Program-made: the position numbers and the translations under genes
The notes under the pieces: model-generated
What the model saw: the letters and a program-made list of their open reading frames with translations, nothing else
Told to the model about the DNA's origin: nothing
Database searches by the model: none
Shown here: positions 37,891 through 51,500 of the stretch, piece by piece
How positions within the stretch are numbered: the first letter of the stretch is position 1
Layout of the letters: each line of letters opens with the position of its first letter
Assembly: GCF_026571515.1 (NCBI RefSeq)
Contig: NW_026855094.1
Location: 1 to 64,000, forward strand
Length of the DNA: 64,000 nt
Reading direction: 5' to 3'
Source: Ruditapes philippinarum
Taxonomy: Eukaryota

Positions 37891-39571
37891 TTAATGACCG
37901 TTGAAAAAAGACATACAATTCAATGAATTTGAACACCCTAAACAAAAATATAAGACTAAAACAGTTACTCTGAACATAATTACGTGTGATGGGATTTCAT
38001 AGAATACTTGTATTAACAAAAATATACTAAAACAGGGCAATTTACTTAAACTTATGAACGATAACTTTCAGTTGGACCTGAAATTTATATAAAACTACAT
38101 ACATCGTCTGGTTTATTATCTATTAAATCAATTTAGCATATAATTCTGTGCCATATGCAAATCAACTCTCTCCATTAACTGTCAACATTTCCACATTAGT
38201 CGCTCCACTCAATAGTGTAGAGGGAATAGTAATAAATGTTTTGTCATTGAACAAATTTACAAAGAAAAGCTTATTGTCTTAATGGGATATTCTAGATTGC
38301 ATAAGTATAATTTAATATGGCATAAATTATTCCAGATCTATATATAAATGACATTTGTATGAATAACTATTATGATTATTAAGTTTTTTATGAATGATAT
38401 AATACTGGCATTTGAATACCTGCTACTTGGCTATTTAAAAAAAACACAAAACAAAATATTCTGTAACGAAAATACAATTGGCTTAAAAGATGACAACAAG
38501 AAAGAGATGTCAGTAGGACAGCGCATTTAACTTTTCTCAGTCACTGATAGTTGAAGATAAAAATCATGATATAGTTATGAGTCTTTGATATTTTGAAGTT
38601 CACAAACTGGTCACAAAATGGGTGCAAGTTAAAAATATCAGAAAACCTGAAAACGCTGAATTTAGTATTTCATTTAGAAAAATAAAGCTTTCAAGAATAG
38701 AAAAACCTAAACTTCAGGCAAATGACTGAAAACTTGTACCCATGAAAATTTGATCCCTTTACATCATAAAATTGACATAAAAACTTTTCTCACTGGCTAA
38801 CAACCCTTTATAATCAATGCAATGCTCCTACCATTATGAAGTTCAGAACTTCATAAATTACAACCAGACTACTAAACTAATATCTTTGTATACAAAAATG
38901 ATTTTCATATATTTACAAAAAATGGTTATAAAATACAAACATGACAAAAAAAGAAGGCACATTACTGATTGATGTGTGTTGACATAAATAAAATAAATTA
39001 ACATATTATTTACATACAAGCACTTCTGATAAACAAACATTTCTACAACTGTCAAATTACATACAAAGGGATGTAACTCATGATAAAAAATATGAAAGGA
39101 AATGAAATTATCAATAAGGTATTCTTTGAAACTTATCCTTAATATTTCAACCTCTATTAAACAAAAATATTCTACAAACTAGCAAAATTTCTTAACTAAA
39201 CTGCGAAGAATAAGACTTATACGACTCAAAAACAAACTGATTTGCCTCTCAGCAGAAAATTTCCATCTTTGCATTTTAAGAAAAAGTAAGATACTAAATG
39301 GATGTAAATGATAAATATAATCATGTTCATGATTTGTTTTACAAATTTTTTTGGTATAAAAATAATTCACCATCAAAATGTATTTTTCTGCATGTTTTCA
39401 GTTTTAACTGATATGGTGTAATTAAGCCTATTTTAGGAATATTTCTTGAAGAACCAGAATTTTAACCTTTAAAGACTTAACAAGCTGCTTTATGGTGTGA
39501 GTTTCAAATCTTGACATTAAATCAAGATCTACATTACTGGCTGAAGTACGACAACTCAGTCAACAAAAATA

Positions 39572-42500
39572 TCAGAATCGTCTATTAGACTTGATCGGAC
39601 TCATGGACATATCTAGATCATCCGAGTTTTCAAACAGTCTTTTCTTTGGTTCCGGAAGAGCAAACGTGTCATTCTTAGAAGAATAATCTCCGGAAACATT
39701 CGATACATAGCTGTAATGTCCCGACTCTGATATAGGATCAAGTCCTTTAGAGGAGTACGTGTTAGCAGGTACACTACTCGTGTACGATGAGGTCGTGAAG
39801 GTCAATGGAACACTATGGGCGGTAGAGTATGAACTACTAGAGGTCAGAGAGTTCAAGGTTGTAGGCAGGTATGATGATGCTGATGACGGTCCTGGATATG
39901 ATGACAGACCAAGTGATGATGATGATGACCCTGCAGAGGAAGCAGACAATAAATTAGTCTGTGACGACAATGATGAAGCAGAAAATGGTATGTTATTATT
40001 CACAGCAACTTTTGTAGAAAAGTTAGAAAAATCGGTGCCGTCTTTATAGTTATCATCGTTAAATGAAGAAACACTCTTACTATTAGAATATTTATCGTTA
40101 GGTATATAGTTAGAACTGGCACCATACTCTAATTTATCACTAGCAAAGTTACTACTTCTAGCACCTACAGAACTTGCATAGTTATTTGAGTCAGACTGAC
40201 CCATATATGACGGAACAGACGTCCGGTTTTCAAACCGATCACCATAACCATTACCGACACCAGTATTCGTGTTAGTAGAATTAGTATAGTTAGGTAAACT
40301 ATGATAACCATCACCAGGGTTAGTGTAAGATGTGGTCGAACTTTGATAAGGAGGTAGCTGGCTTGAGTACGAACCTTGGGTAGCGCTTCGTGCTGGTGCA
40401 AAATCTGGTACCCTGGAACCAGTAGGTGGCTTCTGAGACATATCTGTTGGCAAGGAAGATGGGCCTGAATATGGGCCACTTGATTTTGTTAGTGAGGAGT
40501 AATCAGTGTTATTTGTGAGGGTAGGGGTGCTGCGACCAGAACCAGTGTTAGCAGTGTAAGTGTATTTATCTGTGCTAGGTTTTGAGAGGGCCATATATTC
40601 AGAGTGGGTTGGGATGGTAGGTGTGATTCTACCGGAAGAGTAATGCTTATCAGGGTCGCTACCAGTGCTGGAGACAGGCAGAGTTGGTGTCTGCCGGCCA
40701 GATGGTGGGAGTTTTCTACCAATTTCCATTTCCATGGAAACCATCTTATCTGAGGAATAACCACGTGCATGTGAATCTAAACCAGTGTCAAGACTTGATC
40801 GTCCCTCGCTACCAATGCTGCTGTATCTATCACCAACACTGCTACCAGAACTCTGTGACCCTAAAATATCGTGCTTGGCCGTTACCGGTGCACTACCTGG
40901 CACATCTACTTTATTTTCTTCCTCACCATATGAACGTCTGCCTAAATACCCAGGAAAACTGGATCTAGACTTTAATCCTAACGGGTCATCCACAGAACTA
41001 TATTTATTCTGGAAACCCGTTGAACCTCGAGACATCATTAGATTATCCAGTGATGGAGTCCTGGTTAATGTTGTTCTACCAGTTGTCAGTCCACCAATGT
41101 ATTTATTTTGATTGCTGCTTGAATACATGTTTGATGTTGTTGGAAGCGCACTGCTTGGTCTTTCATACTGATCGGCATTTCCGGCAATAAATAAATTATC
41201 TAGTGACCCAGATCTTACATGTCTTCCTCGAGAATAACTATCCAAGGACGATGTAAATTTGCTGGTGTCCGTCTTATAGTTTGACATAAAATCGTCCCCT
41301 ACTCCATTTCTCTGGCCAATACTACCGGTAGACGACCTAAACGCAGTATCCATATCGGTATCTGTTGATCTATATTTAGGAACATCGTCAGTAACCGGGT
41401 CTATGTCCCTTGTATGAACATTCTTTTCAGCACGATTTAATATTTTCATGCAATCAGTAAATTCCGGTGTTAATGATATATTTAATTCGTCCAATTCACT
41501 TTCTATATAGTGAGTGTCATCTAAATCACTTTTATCAAGGCCAAGTCCGTCTCTTGTGCCCCTTGACCTTCTTAGTTCACCATCAAGGTCGTCCAGAGGA
41601 TCTGACCTTTTCCTGCTATCATAATCACTTGATCGTGACCTAGATGAATAGTCCCTATCACGAGACCTTTTAGAATCTAGGTCACTTGGTGCACTTAGAA
41701 CACTGTCATCTGCACTGTACTTTTTCTTTGAACCTGAATAAAGGTCATCCTCATAGTCCCTATCACCCGATGACCTTGACCTACTTTTAAGAAAAAGGAG
41801 GTCATCATCCTGAGATAACCTATCAGCTGACTTTTGGTTATAACTGTCTGATAGTGAATCTTTAGACAAGTCAGTGGAATAACCAGACCTGTCACTGTAT
41901 TTATCACTAGAACTTCCTTTTTTACTGGCACCGTTTGTTTTCTTTAACACACCTTTCACTGGTGACACCCTTCCATTCGCAAGCCCACTTGCATTGGCCG
42001 AAGTTTTAAGTGGACTTGGCATTTCAAGGTCGAATGACATTGTACTATTTGTGTTTTTGTTCAGGTCAAAGGTCACCCTTTTCTTTCCGCCATTTTCTCC
42101 ATTTATCTTAGCACCTTGTGATCTCCCATCACTTTTGTAATCATCATCATAATCCCCATTTCCATCATAGTAATACTTAGACCTCTCACCTGAACTTGTT
42201 TTAGCACCCATGTCATCAGAAAACAATTGTCTTCTGTGTTGATTATCTGCCCCTTTCCCATACTCTCTAGGTGGAGGTACTTTTGAATCTGAAGAGTACT
42301 TCCTGTTTGCAAGATCACCATTAGTCAGAGGCTTGTCATCTCTATCAGATCTTCTGGACGAGCCAGATTTTCCACGATAATCATCCAGCTCTGATTCAAG
42401 TTCTTCAATGTATTTATCAGATCTCTCTAGAGCTTTTGTGAGCCTAGTAACGTCCTTCTCTGCACTAGCAAGGTTTGTCTCCAGTGTAGACACTGTGATT

Positions 42501-45500
42501 CTGCCATATCTAAAATATTACAGTAAATACATTTCACAAGTTTCATATGACTAAACTGAATTATTTAATTTTCCTATAAAATTAACAGGTCAACAAAATT
42601 TCATTTTTTTTATTTACAGATATGCACATGTCTAAATAACAAAATATTGACTTTAGTATTTTATAAAGTGACAGCATCAATATGTCAAGTTGACAAAGAT
42701 TTTTCTTGTACATGATCATTCTTTGCAACATAAAACATGCCAAATCTTTACTTGCAAATACATATATCTTAATAAGTGCTTTAAATTTAGACACTTTAAA
42801 AAAAAGAAAGAAGATATTTAAGAAATATACTTAGAATCAAATTGAAATTGAATATTTAGTGCACTTGTTAGTAAAATTTGAGTATAAAAGACTTCAACAC
42901 ATATTTCACACAATAAAAATAATTATCCTGGAAAAACGGAATGAGCAAATGTGTTCAGCATGAAACTACATGGATTGGTATAAATATCCTGAAAAAAAAA
43001 ATCCAGTCATGTCATATAAAAAATGCAGTTTTTTTAATATGCAGACTTTGGACAATTTGTAATTGCACTTAAGTGAATTTGGATCCGTCAATCAGCAGTA
43101 TCAAAATACACAAGTCACACCCACACTGTATAGGTAATAAATTTAAATTTACTTTACAGCTTTACTGGTGGAGGTAGACCTCATGTGCCCATTTGTGTAT
43201 TACTTCAGGCACCTGAATAGAATAACCAACCTTCCCTAAGCTAGCTGAATAGCTTCCTCACATGAAAGAATCCAAAGTCCCTGGCGGGATTCAAACCCAC
43301 ATCAGTGATAGGCAAGTGTTTTTTACTCAGAGAACTTAACCACTCAGCCATGGAGGCCCAAAGTCAAAAGTAAATAGTATTGTAAGGCTGCATGGACATA
43401 CAGGGGACTAGGGAAGGTTAATCACTGCTAGCAAATTAACAGTGGAACATTCACTTTTATACTTTTGTATCATTCATTAGATTTGCTTCAGATGTATTTC
43501 AGCATTAAAAGAATGGTGCCAGGTCTCTTTGGCAAGGGAGATAACTTCAAAATTGCATTACAATTGCAGGCATTGATTAAGTAAAATAATATCAGTATCA
43601 TTAATAATTACCTTCCCTTTAAATGGGTAAAACCAACTTAATTAATAAGAACATACTGATGTTTCTACTTATTTGTTTATTTGTAGGACAAAATTTTACC
43701 AAAGAACAAAAACTTTTTGATGGGGTCCAATTTCCACTTAAAATGGTCCCTTTGAAAAGTAACTATTGTATATATTTTGATTTACCTGTGTGGAGATCTG
43801 CCTGCCAGCTCCTGTCTTACATGTTGATTTTCTCTATTTAAACTCAAATTTTCATCCTTTAAATTTGTATTCTCCTGTAAAAATGAAAAAGAAAACAAAA
43901 CACTTAAATTTCTCAATAAAAGCTAATTAGGATGTTTTATCAATGTTGAAGTTAAGTGACATCATTTGTTTTGTATGGCTATACATATATTTTCTGTCTT
44001 GTATTTAATTTCAATATAAATCTATTGCTAAGTATAAACAAAGCAACAGTGCAAATATCAAGTATGTCTCAATCTTGATTTGATTTACATGTATATGCAA
44101 TTGAAGACTTGTCATAAATCCGTCAATATAGATTAATTCATGAAGGCTTAATAAGATACAGTAATAAATCTAATTCTCGTTTCTTCCCCTTACCTGTTTA
44201 AGTCTTGTTAGCTCCCCTTTAACTTTCTCATACATTTTCGTGGCATCTTGAAGTTTTTTCGTGAGTGCCAGTAGGTGACTAGTGTCTGTGGATTTAGAAC
44301 TGCTACTATCCGATCTGTATGATGAAATATACAACAATTAATACAAGATAGGAGACAATCTTACATCTATGAATGATAAACCAGTATCTTATATTTGTAG
44401 CCATTTTATATAAACTGCTTAGCTAACAATTATTATAAAACTCTACAAAGGCTGGCTTTATACACGTTAAATGTTTACTATGAAATCAATTTTACCCTTA
44501 ACCTGAATGGACTTGTCCAGCTTCCATTTTTGGAACTATACATTATTATATGATTATTAATTTTGGGGATACCAAAATGAAAATTTGAAAATTGTAAGCC
44601 AAGGGTGTAGTGCTTGGTCATACAGCATAGATGTGTAGGCTGGCCTGGCTCTATACTGGTGGCAAAGGCTATTTCTGTTTCAGCATGGAAAGGGTTAAAG
44701 AATCATGTTCTTAAAGTGTATAGATACTGAGAAATAAACAAGAGCCCGGTTTGAGGTGGGTGATGCTCCCCGAATAGGTTTTGGACACAGGAAAGTACAC
44801 CTCTTGTAGTTTCATAGTTATGTCCCTGGAAAAAGTTCAAAGTGCAATAATTCCAAAATTAGGCAAGGCAGAGTTACTGTTCTTTGCACTGCACTTCTAA
44901 TCAATGTGATCTATCAACCTACAAAGTTTCTTTATGGTTATGTCCAAGACAACTTCAAAAAGTAAAAATAAACAAAGGGCAATAACTCCAGAATTAGGCA
45001 ATGCAGAGTTATGATTCTTATGCACTGCACATCTACCCATTGAGATATATCTACCTACAAAGTTTCATGTTGATATCTCTTATAGTTTTACAGCTATGTC
45101 CTGGACAAGATTTTTCTAGAAGGGGAGATAATTCAAAAATGAGGCTTAACAGAGTTATGGTTTTTTGCACTGCACTTCTACTCAATGAGATCAATCTACC
45201 TACAATGTTTCATCTTGATATCTCTTATAGTTTTAGAGTTATGTTCCGGACAAAGTTCAAAGTGTTAAAATTAACAAAGGGCAGTAACTCCAAAATTAGG
45301 ACAAAAAGAGTTATTGTTCTTATGAGATCTATTCACCTACAAAGTTTCATGATGATATCTCTTATAGTTTTAGAGTTATGTCCCGGACAAGATTTTTCTA
45401 TAAGGGGAGATAATTCAAAGCCCAGGAAAATAGTTATGGTTCTTTGACACTGCACTCCCCCTCAATGCCCTCTACTACTGTATGAAGTTTAAACAAATTA

Positions 45501-48500
45501 TCTCCAAGGGTTTTCAAGTTATGCTCTGGACAAGACAACGGACGGACAGACGTCCTCACATTTGTATTCTTGTTGGGTATTTTACTGTGTAAAAAAGTAC
45601 CCAACAATACATCAAAATTCATTAAAAATACCCAACAATACATACGGAGTGAGTAGGATTGGTAGTTGTTGGGTATTTAGTACCCAACATATACCCTCTC
45701 GTGCGCTCGGACAGACGGACAAGGCGCTGACTATATGCTCCCTCCAAAATTTTTCGGGGAGCATAAAAATTAATTCTAATTTATAATAATACTTAAATCC
45801 TTTTTAACTGGCAGTTCAAAAGCTGTTTGCTATGGATTAACTTTAGAATATTTAATAATATACAATAGGGTTGTTTACTGCAGAATTAAACAAATATTCA
45901 TAGTTTATCACATTGTTTACCCAAATATTACAGAAACTGTAATACATAGAGGATATTTGTTTGTTTTGCATGTAAGATTGAAATATAATTTCACTGAGTG
46001 AACACCAGATGCAATATTTTCACGAGTGGCGTAGCCACGAGTGAAAATATTATAATATGGTGTTCACGAATGAAATATATTTCAATCTTATATGTAAAAC
46101 AAATAAATTTTCTTTTTATTTCATGCGTTTTAATTGATTTTAAGTATTTTTTACTGATTTTGCCGCGTAACGTCGCGCATTCTCCCTTGTGACGTCATCC
46201 CATCATGACGTCACATCATCAATTTTGAAAAATAGTTCTGTTAAATTTCTCTAATTTTGTTACATTTTCAACATGATGTATGGTGACATCTACTGTCTTT
46301 TCCTAAAGAAGCAAAATTTACGCATGACGGCATTTATTTCTGCATGTTATTCCATTTAGTTATGATTTCTTTTCATCCGCATTCAGATATAGTCCGGCTA
46401 CAGTGAAAATTATATTTTATAAATTTCACTAGTGGTTTATCAGAATATAATCATCTGATATATTACAATAAAACACTCGAAAGCATGAAATAAAAAAACA
46501 TATCTTAATATTGAAATTGTGAACAAGATTTATCAATACCACTGCAGGAAAGTTTACTTAGTGCTACATATGATAGAGACCACCAAGTTTTTTTTTGTAT
46601 TTTAAACAAAGGTTAAGACAAAATTTTATGCAATCAATAATGCCGCAAACAGAAGAAAACATTAATTTTATGGATCCAAATTATGAATTTGGTAAAGCGA
46701 ATGAAGTCTATCCAGTTTTGTCTTAATAACTAATTAGTTACAATGCAGGCTTCCCAATAAATTGGAACAGAAGTTTATTTCGAGGCCTGATTAAATAAAA
46801 TATCTTGCATCCCTGCAGTGTTTTATGGAAAAAATATATTGAGGAAATCTGAAAAAATTCCCAAACTACCTTGAGTATAGCATGATTATATAATAACAAC
46901 ATTTTTATATATCTTTTTAACAACACTTCAAACATAAGGAGATTGTTTAGCTTTTCTGGTAGATAAATAACTAAGAAGCCCCTCCTTGCATGTTTGTTCA
47001 GGCACCTAGATAAAACCAACAACCTTTATTAAGCCAGCTGGATACCTTGAACCCATGAAAGAATCCAAAGTCCCAGACAGGATTCAAACCCACAACCTCC
47101 CTCAGATTTGCTGATTATAAAAAACTAACCTGCTAGGGGTGAGGCCATCTTTTCTGGTTTGCTGCTTCAGAATCTGATTCTCTGTTTTTAACAACTGTAT
47201 TTCTGAGTGCATACGCTCAAACTCATTCTATAAAAGTTAAATTAATTTTAAAAGTAACATTAAAATGAGTGCATATATTGTCACCTTAGTGCAGTAACAG
47301 GTTAACTCCAAATAAATTATGTAAGGAGTTAACCCATTACTGCACTAAGGTGACATGATATTTTATATGAAAAAGTGTATATGTGGAAAGATCACTTTAT
47401 AATGACTTTTTACTCCTCCAAACAATGACTGTGACCCTATTTGTCCTTTTGTATAATATTAGGAGTGTAAAGTCTTCAATTAACCTTTTACCCCATGAGC
47501 ATATTGCGAAAAATGGCCGTTTTCATTGAAAAGCCTCCTGTAACAAGTTCAAACTGCTATGAAACTGTGAAAAATTGCTTCAATACTAATGAAACTTGGC
47601 ACAAATGTTGACTACACCATAGCCTCTGTAACAGCATGCTCAATGGTAAATTTCCTGTTACAATGGCAATGGAGGACGTCTCAAAATTGCCAAAAATCAC
47701 TATTTTGCATTGTTTTTTTCCATCAAAACTGAGTTCAAAGTGCTGCAACTTCTCAATGAATTGAGATAGAGTAAAAGGCTTTTCAGCGTCGGTTACTAGT
47801 TACCCTAAGATCGACCTGAGGCCATTTTTAGTCTGTCACATGTCCAAAATTTTCTTGGAGATGAGGGGGACTACGCCCCCCTTCAAACCCCACAAACAGA
47901 AGGGGGCACATCCCCCTTCTGGCAACCCCCTTATGTAATATTTGGATGGGGGACGGCGCCGAAAAAGTCATCATTTTTTAACAACATTTCTCAAACGAAA
48001 AACAGTGTTTGGGGCCTAAATAGGTCATTTTTTCACTGTTTGAGGCCTCAAAAAGGGGAGGGGGGAAAGTCGACGAAACACGCTTATATAAGGGAAAAGG
48101 TTAAAAAGAACTGTGGGTAGGACAGCGTGCTCGACTATTCTCAGGCCTGTGCAAGAGATATCAAAATTGCCTCAATTGTCCTCACTATAGTACCAGGTTT
48201 CTGACTGATATGTATCATTTAAATTAATCCAGATTATGGCTTGGATGTTTTAATAAATATAACATAATATACAATATTCTGACAGCATTTGCTGAAATAA
48301 TGAGCAGTGTAAAAAATTCGGATTTGAAACCACTAGGCTGGTCGGACTACCGGATTGGAATATTCACTAGCCCAAAAAACATTTCACTAGCACGATTCAT
48401 TTGTTCACAACAGTTGTTTATATTGCCTCTGAAAATACAGTAGCCTTGCCGGGCTTGTTACTTTAAAAAGTTGGTAGCCCGAGGAGAAATTTAGTAGTCA

Positions 48501-51500
48501 GGGGCTATAGGACTACTGCTAATTTCGAACACTGAATGAGTATTCTGATATTTACTCTGCTAGGGTATGCACGAATCTTGTGTTCAAGACTTGTTCTGGG
48601 TTTTCTTTTCTTAAATATAATCCGTGTAGTTACGGACTGGTTCTTGACAAGAAGTGTTTAATTACTGTTCAGAGATAACATCAGAGCGGTTCAGGACTAT
48701 TTTCTTCAATGTTTCCCCAACACCACCTCCTTTGTCGGGAGAGAAAAAAATTGTCCAGAACAATGTTTCAGTCCACGTGAATTCGGTTCTGACTGTTCTG
48801 ACTATTCTGGACCATAATTCATGCAGACCCCTAGTGAAAGAGGTCAGGTATTGCAGTCTTGATATCAGAATTTTTAACATCACGTTTTTCAAGTAGACAT
48901 AAAACTATTTATGTTTAAGAATTTAAAATAAATTTACTTAATTAATGTTTGAAGAAACATGCACTCATTGTTGACAAAAAAGCGACTGATTGCTCATCAA
49001 CCAAAAAACACAGAAACAACTTAATCAATTGTTTTCAGACACATCAGGGTTGGATGGTTGTCTGGTTTTAGTGGTCTCCAACCAATAGTCTCAATAAATT
49101 TTTTTTAGCATACTGAAAGATTCTCTTTTTAACAGTACCTCATATTCTTTGTATAGGAGATCAAATCTAGCTTTTCTGAGATCAGGATTGGTCAATTTTT
49201 CTGTGTCTTCTTCCTGCTGGCTTAAACCACCTATAATATATAAACAGTGTAAATCGCCTGAACTTTAATAACACATTATATATACAACAGTTTAAACCAC
49301 CTATAATATATAAACAGTATTGTTTAACTTTATATTCATTTAACTTCAGTGTCTAATCATATATTATGAGCAAATATATGAGAGTTAGCTCAGAACTAAC
49401 CATCACCAGGACAAAAACCCTTCTTTGTAGAGGCTGAATATAGGCTGCTTCCCCAACCAAACTAGCCTCTTTTTTCCCCAGTTTGGTCCTTAAAATTCCC
49501 AAGTCTTTTGAAATTCCCACAGAATTTAGAACAAAATTAAATGATGGTGTTGAATTAAGGTCTTTAACTGCCTAATTAGTATTTCCCAGTGCTTTTTGCT
49601 TTTCTATTTTGAAGTTTGTGTTAAATTTGAGGCCCCTTTTCCCAAAGTATGCCAAAATCACGAATATTTTCCCCAAGAGAAAGGCTGAGGCCCCTTCCCT
49701 AAAAATGGTGTTTTGGTCCTGATCACCATCATTTTTTTATCAAAATTGTACATAAAATGACTGACATACCAAGAATTTTTTTGCCTGCTGTCATGGCAGT
49801 TCTACATGCAGGGCACTGTTTGTTTTTCTGCAGCCAAACATCCATACAAGGGCCGCAGAATACATGATGATTTGGACATAGAACTGGATTCTTAACCTGA
49901 AAAAAAGAAATTAAAAACTTCAATTAAAAATAAAAATAAAAACTTTTTGATGGTTTAAATACAGATATTTTATAAATATGTTGTGGTATATTGTTTGGCC
50001 CCTTCACAATTCGAAATTGCACTTTTTTTCACAATACGCAGAAAAAAATTCAAAATCTCAAAAGAGATTTCACAAAATATTAGGACTTCGAATAGTTAAA
50101 AAGTAGTTTAAATCGAGTTAAATGTATTTGCGCATGTTTACCGGCCGGGTTGAAAATACCGACTCGAAGCCTATTTTAGACTAGTCAGAAATTATAATCA
50201 AGTGTTCATCGTGCGACATTTCCGGTTTCAATATGTCACGAAATGGGAAATACAATGCAAAACAGAAAACCCAACAACAAAATCTATTCAATTTGGGCAT
50301 AAAAAAACTAGAACTCCGCGAGTTGGATGTGTCGCCTTGTGAACAATGTAGTTTAGGAGAAATGGCCAGGACAAAAATGAAATATGAAAAATAACAAAGG
50401 GCAATAACTAAAAAAATAATAAGTGCAGAGCAGCAGTTTCTGTGCACAATAAGATCTATCATTCTATGATGTTTCAAGCCCATAGCTTTCATACTTGAGG
50501 AGAAATGACCAGGACAAAAATAAAGTAAGAAAAGCAACAAAGGGCAATAACTCAAAAAATAAGAAATGCAGAGTATCAGTTCTTATGCACTGCACTTTTC
50601 CTTAATGAGATTTATCATCCTATGAAGTTTCAAGTCCATAACTTTTATACATTCGGAGAAATGGCATGGACAAAATTAAAGTATGAAAATAGACAAAGGG
50701 CAATAACTCAAAAAATAAGAAATGCAGAGTACCTGTACTTGTGCACTGCACTTCTTCTTAATGAGACCTATCATCCTATGAAGTTTTAAGTCCATGGCTT
50801 TTATACATTAGGAGAAATGGCTCGGACAAAAATAAAGTATGAAAATTAACAAAGGGCAATAACTCAAAAATTAGGAAGTGCAGAGTACCGGTTCTTGTGC
50901 ACTGCACTTCTTCTTAATGAGATCTATCATCCTATGAAGTTTCAAGTCCATAGCTTTTTTAGTTGAAGAGAAATGGCCCGGACAAAATTAAAGTATGAAA
51001 ATTAACAAAGGGCAATAACTCAAAAAATAAGAACTGCAGAGTACCGGTCCTTGTGCACTGCACTTCGGGTTATTGAAAGAAGCATGCATACCAAGTTTGA
51101 AGTCAATCAGACTTATAGTGACTGAGTTATGCTCCGGACAAGCTTTAGAGGACGCCGACGCCGACAACGACGCCGCCGACACAGGCGCCGCCGACAAAAG
51201 TAACCCCTATATGTCACCTTTTCAAGGCGACACAACAAAAACTAGACAACTGGCCAGAAGTGCTACCACCAGATTCGGTTAATACAGAATCATGTCCTGT
51301 ACCTTCAACCGCCATCATCTGTACAAATAATCAAATCAGATCATGGTAAAAAAATGGTAAGAGCAGTTGAGAAACCTTGTTCTGTACTTTTGTCCCATGA
51401 AACGGGATCGCCACCATAGGAACAAATGACCGAATCAGATCATGGTGATAAAATAGGATAAACAGCTGTAGAAAGAATACATACTACTCTCAGTTCCTGA

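Noticed and set aside
39759-42321. Antisense and alternate-frame ORFs within the large OBI1 exon
   Set aside because: Shadow ORFs of a Ser-rich coding exon with no independent features
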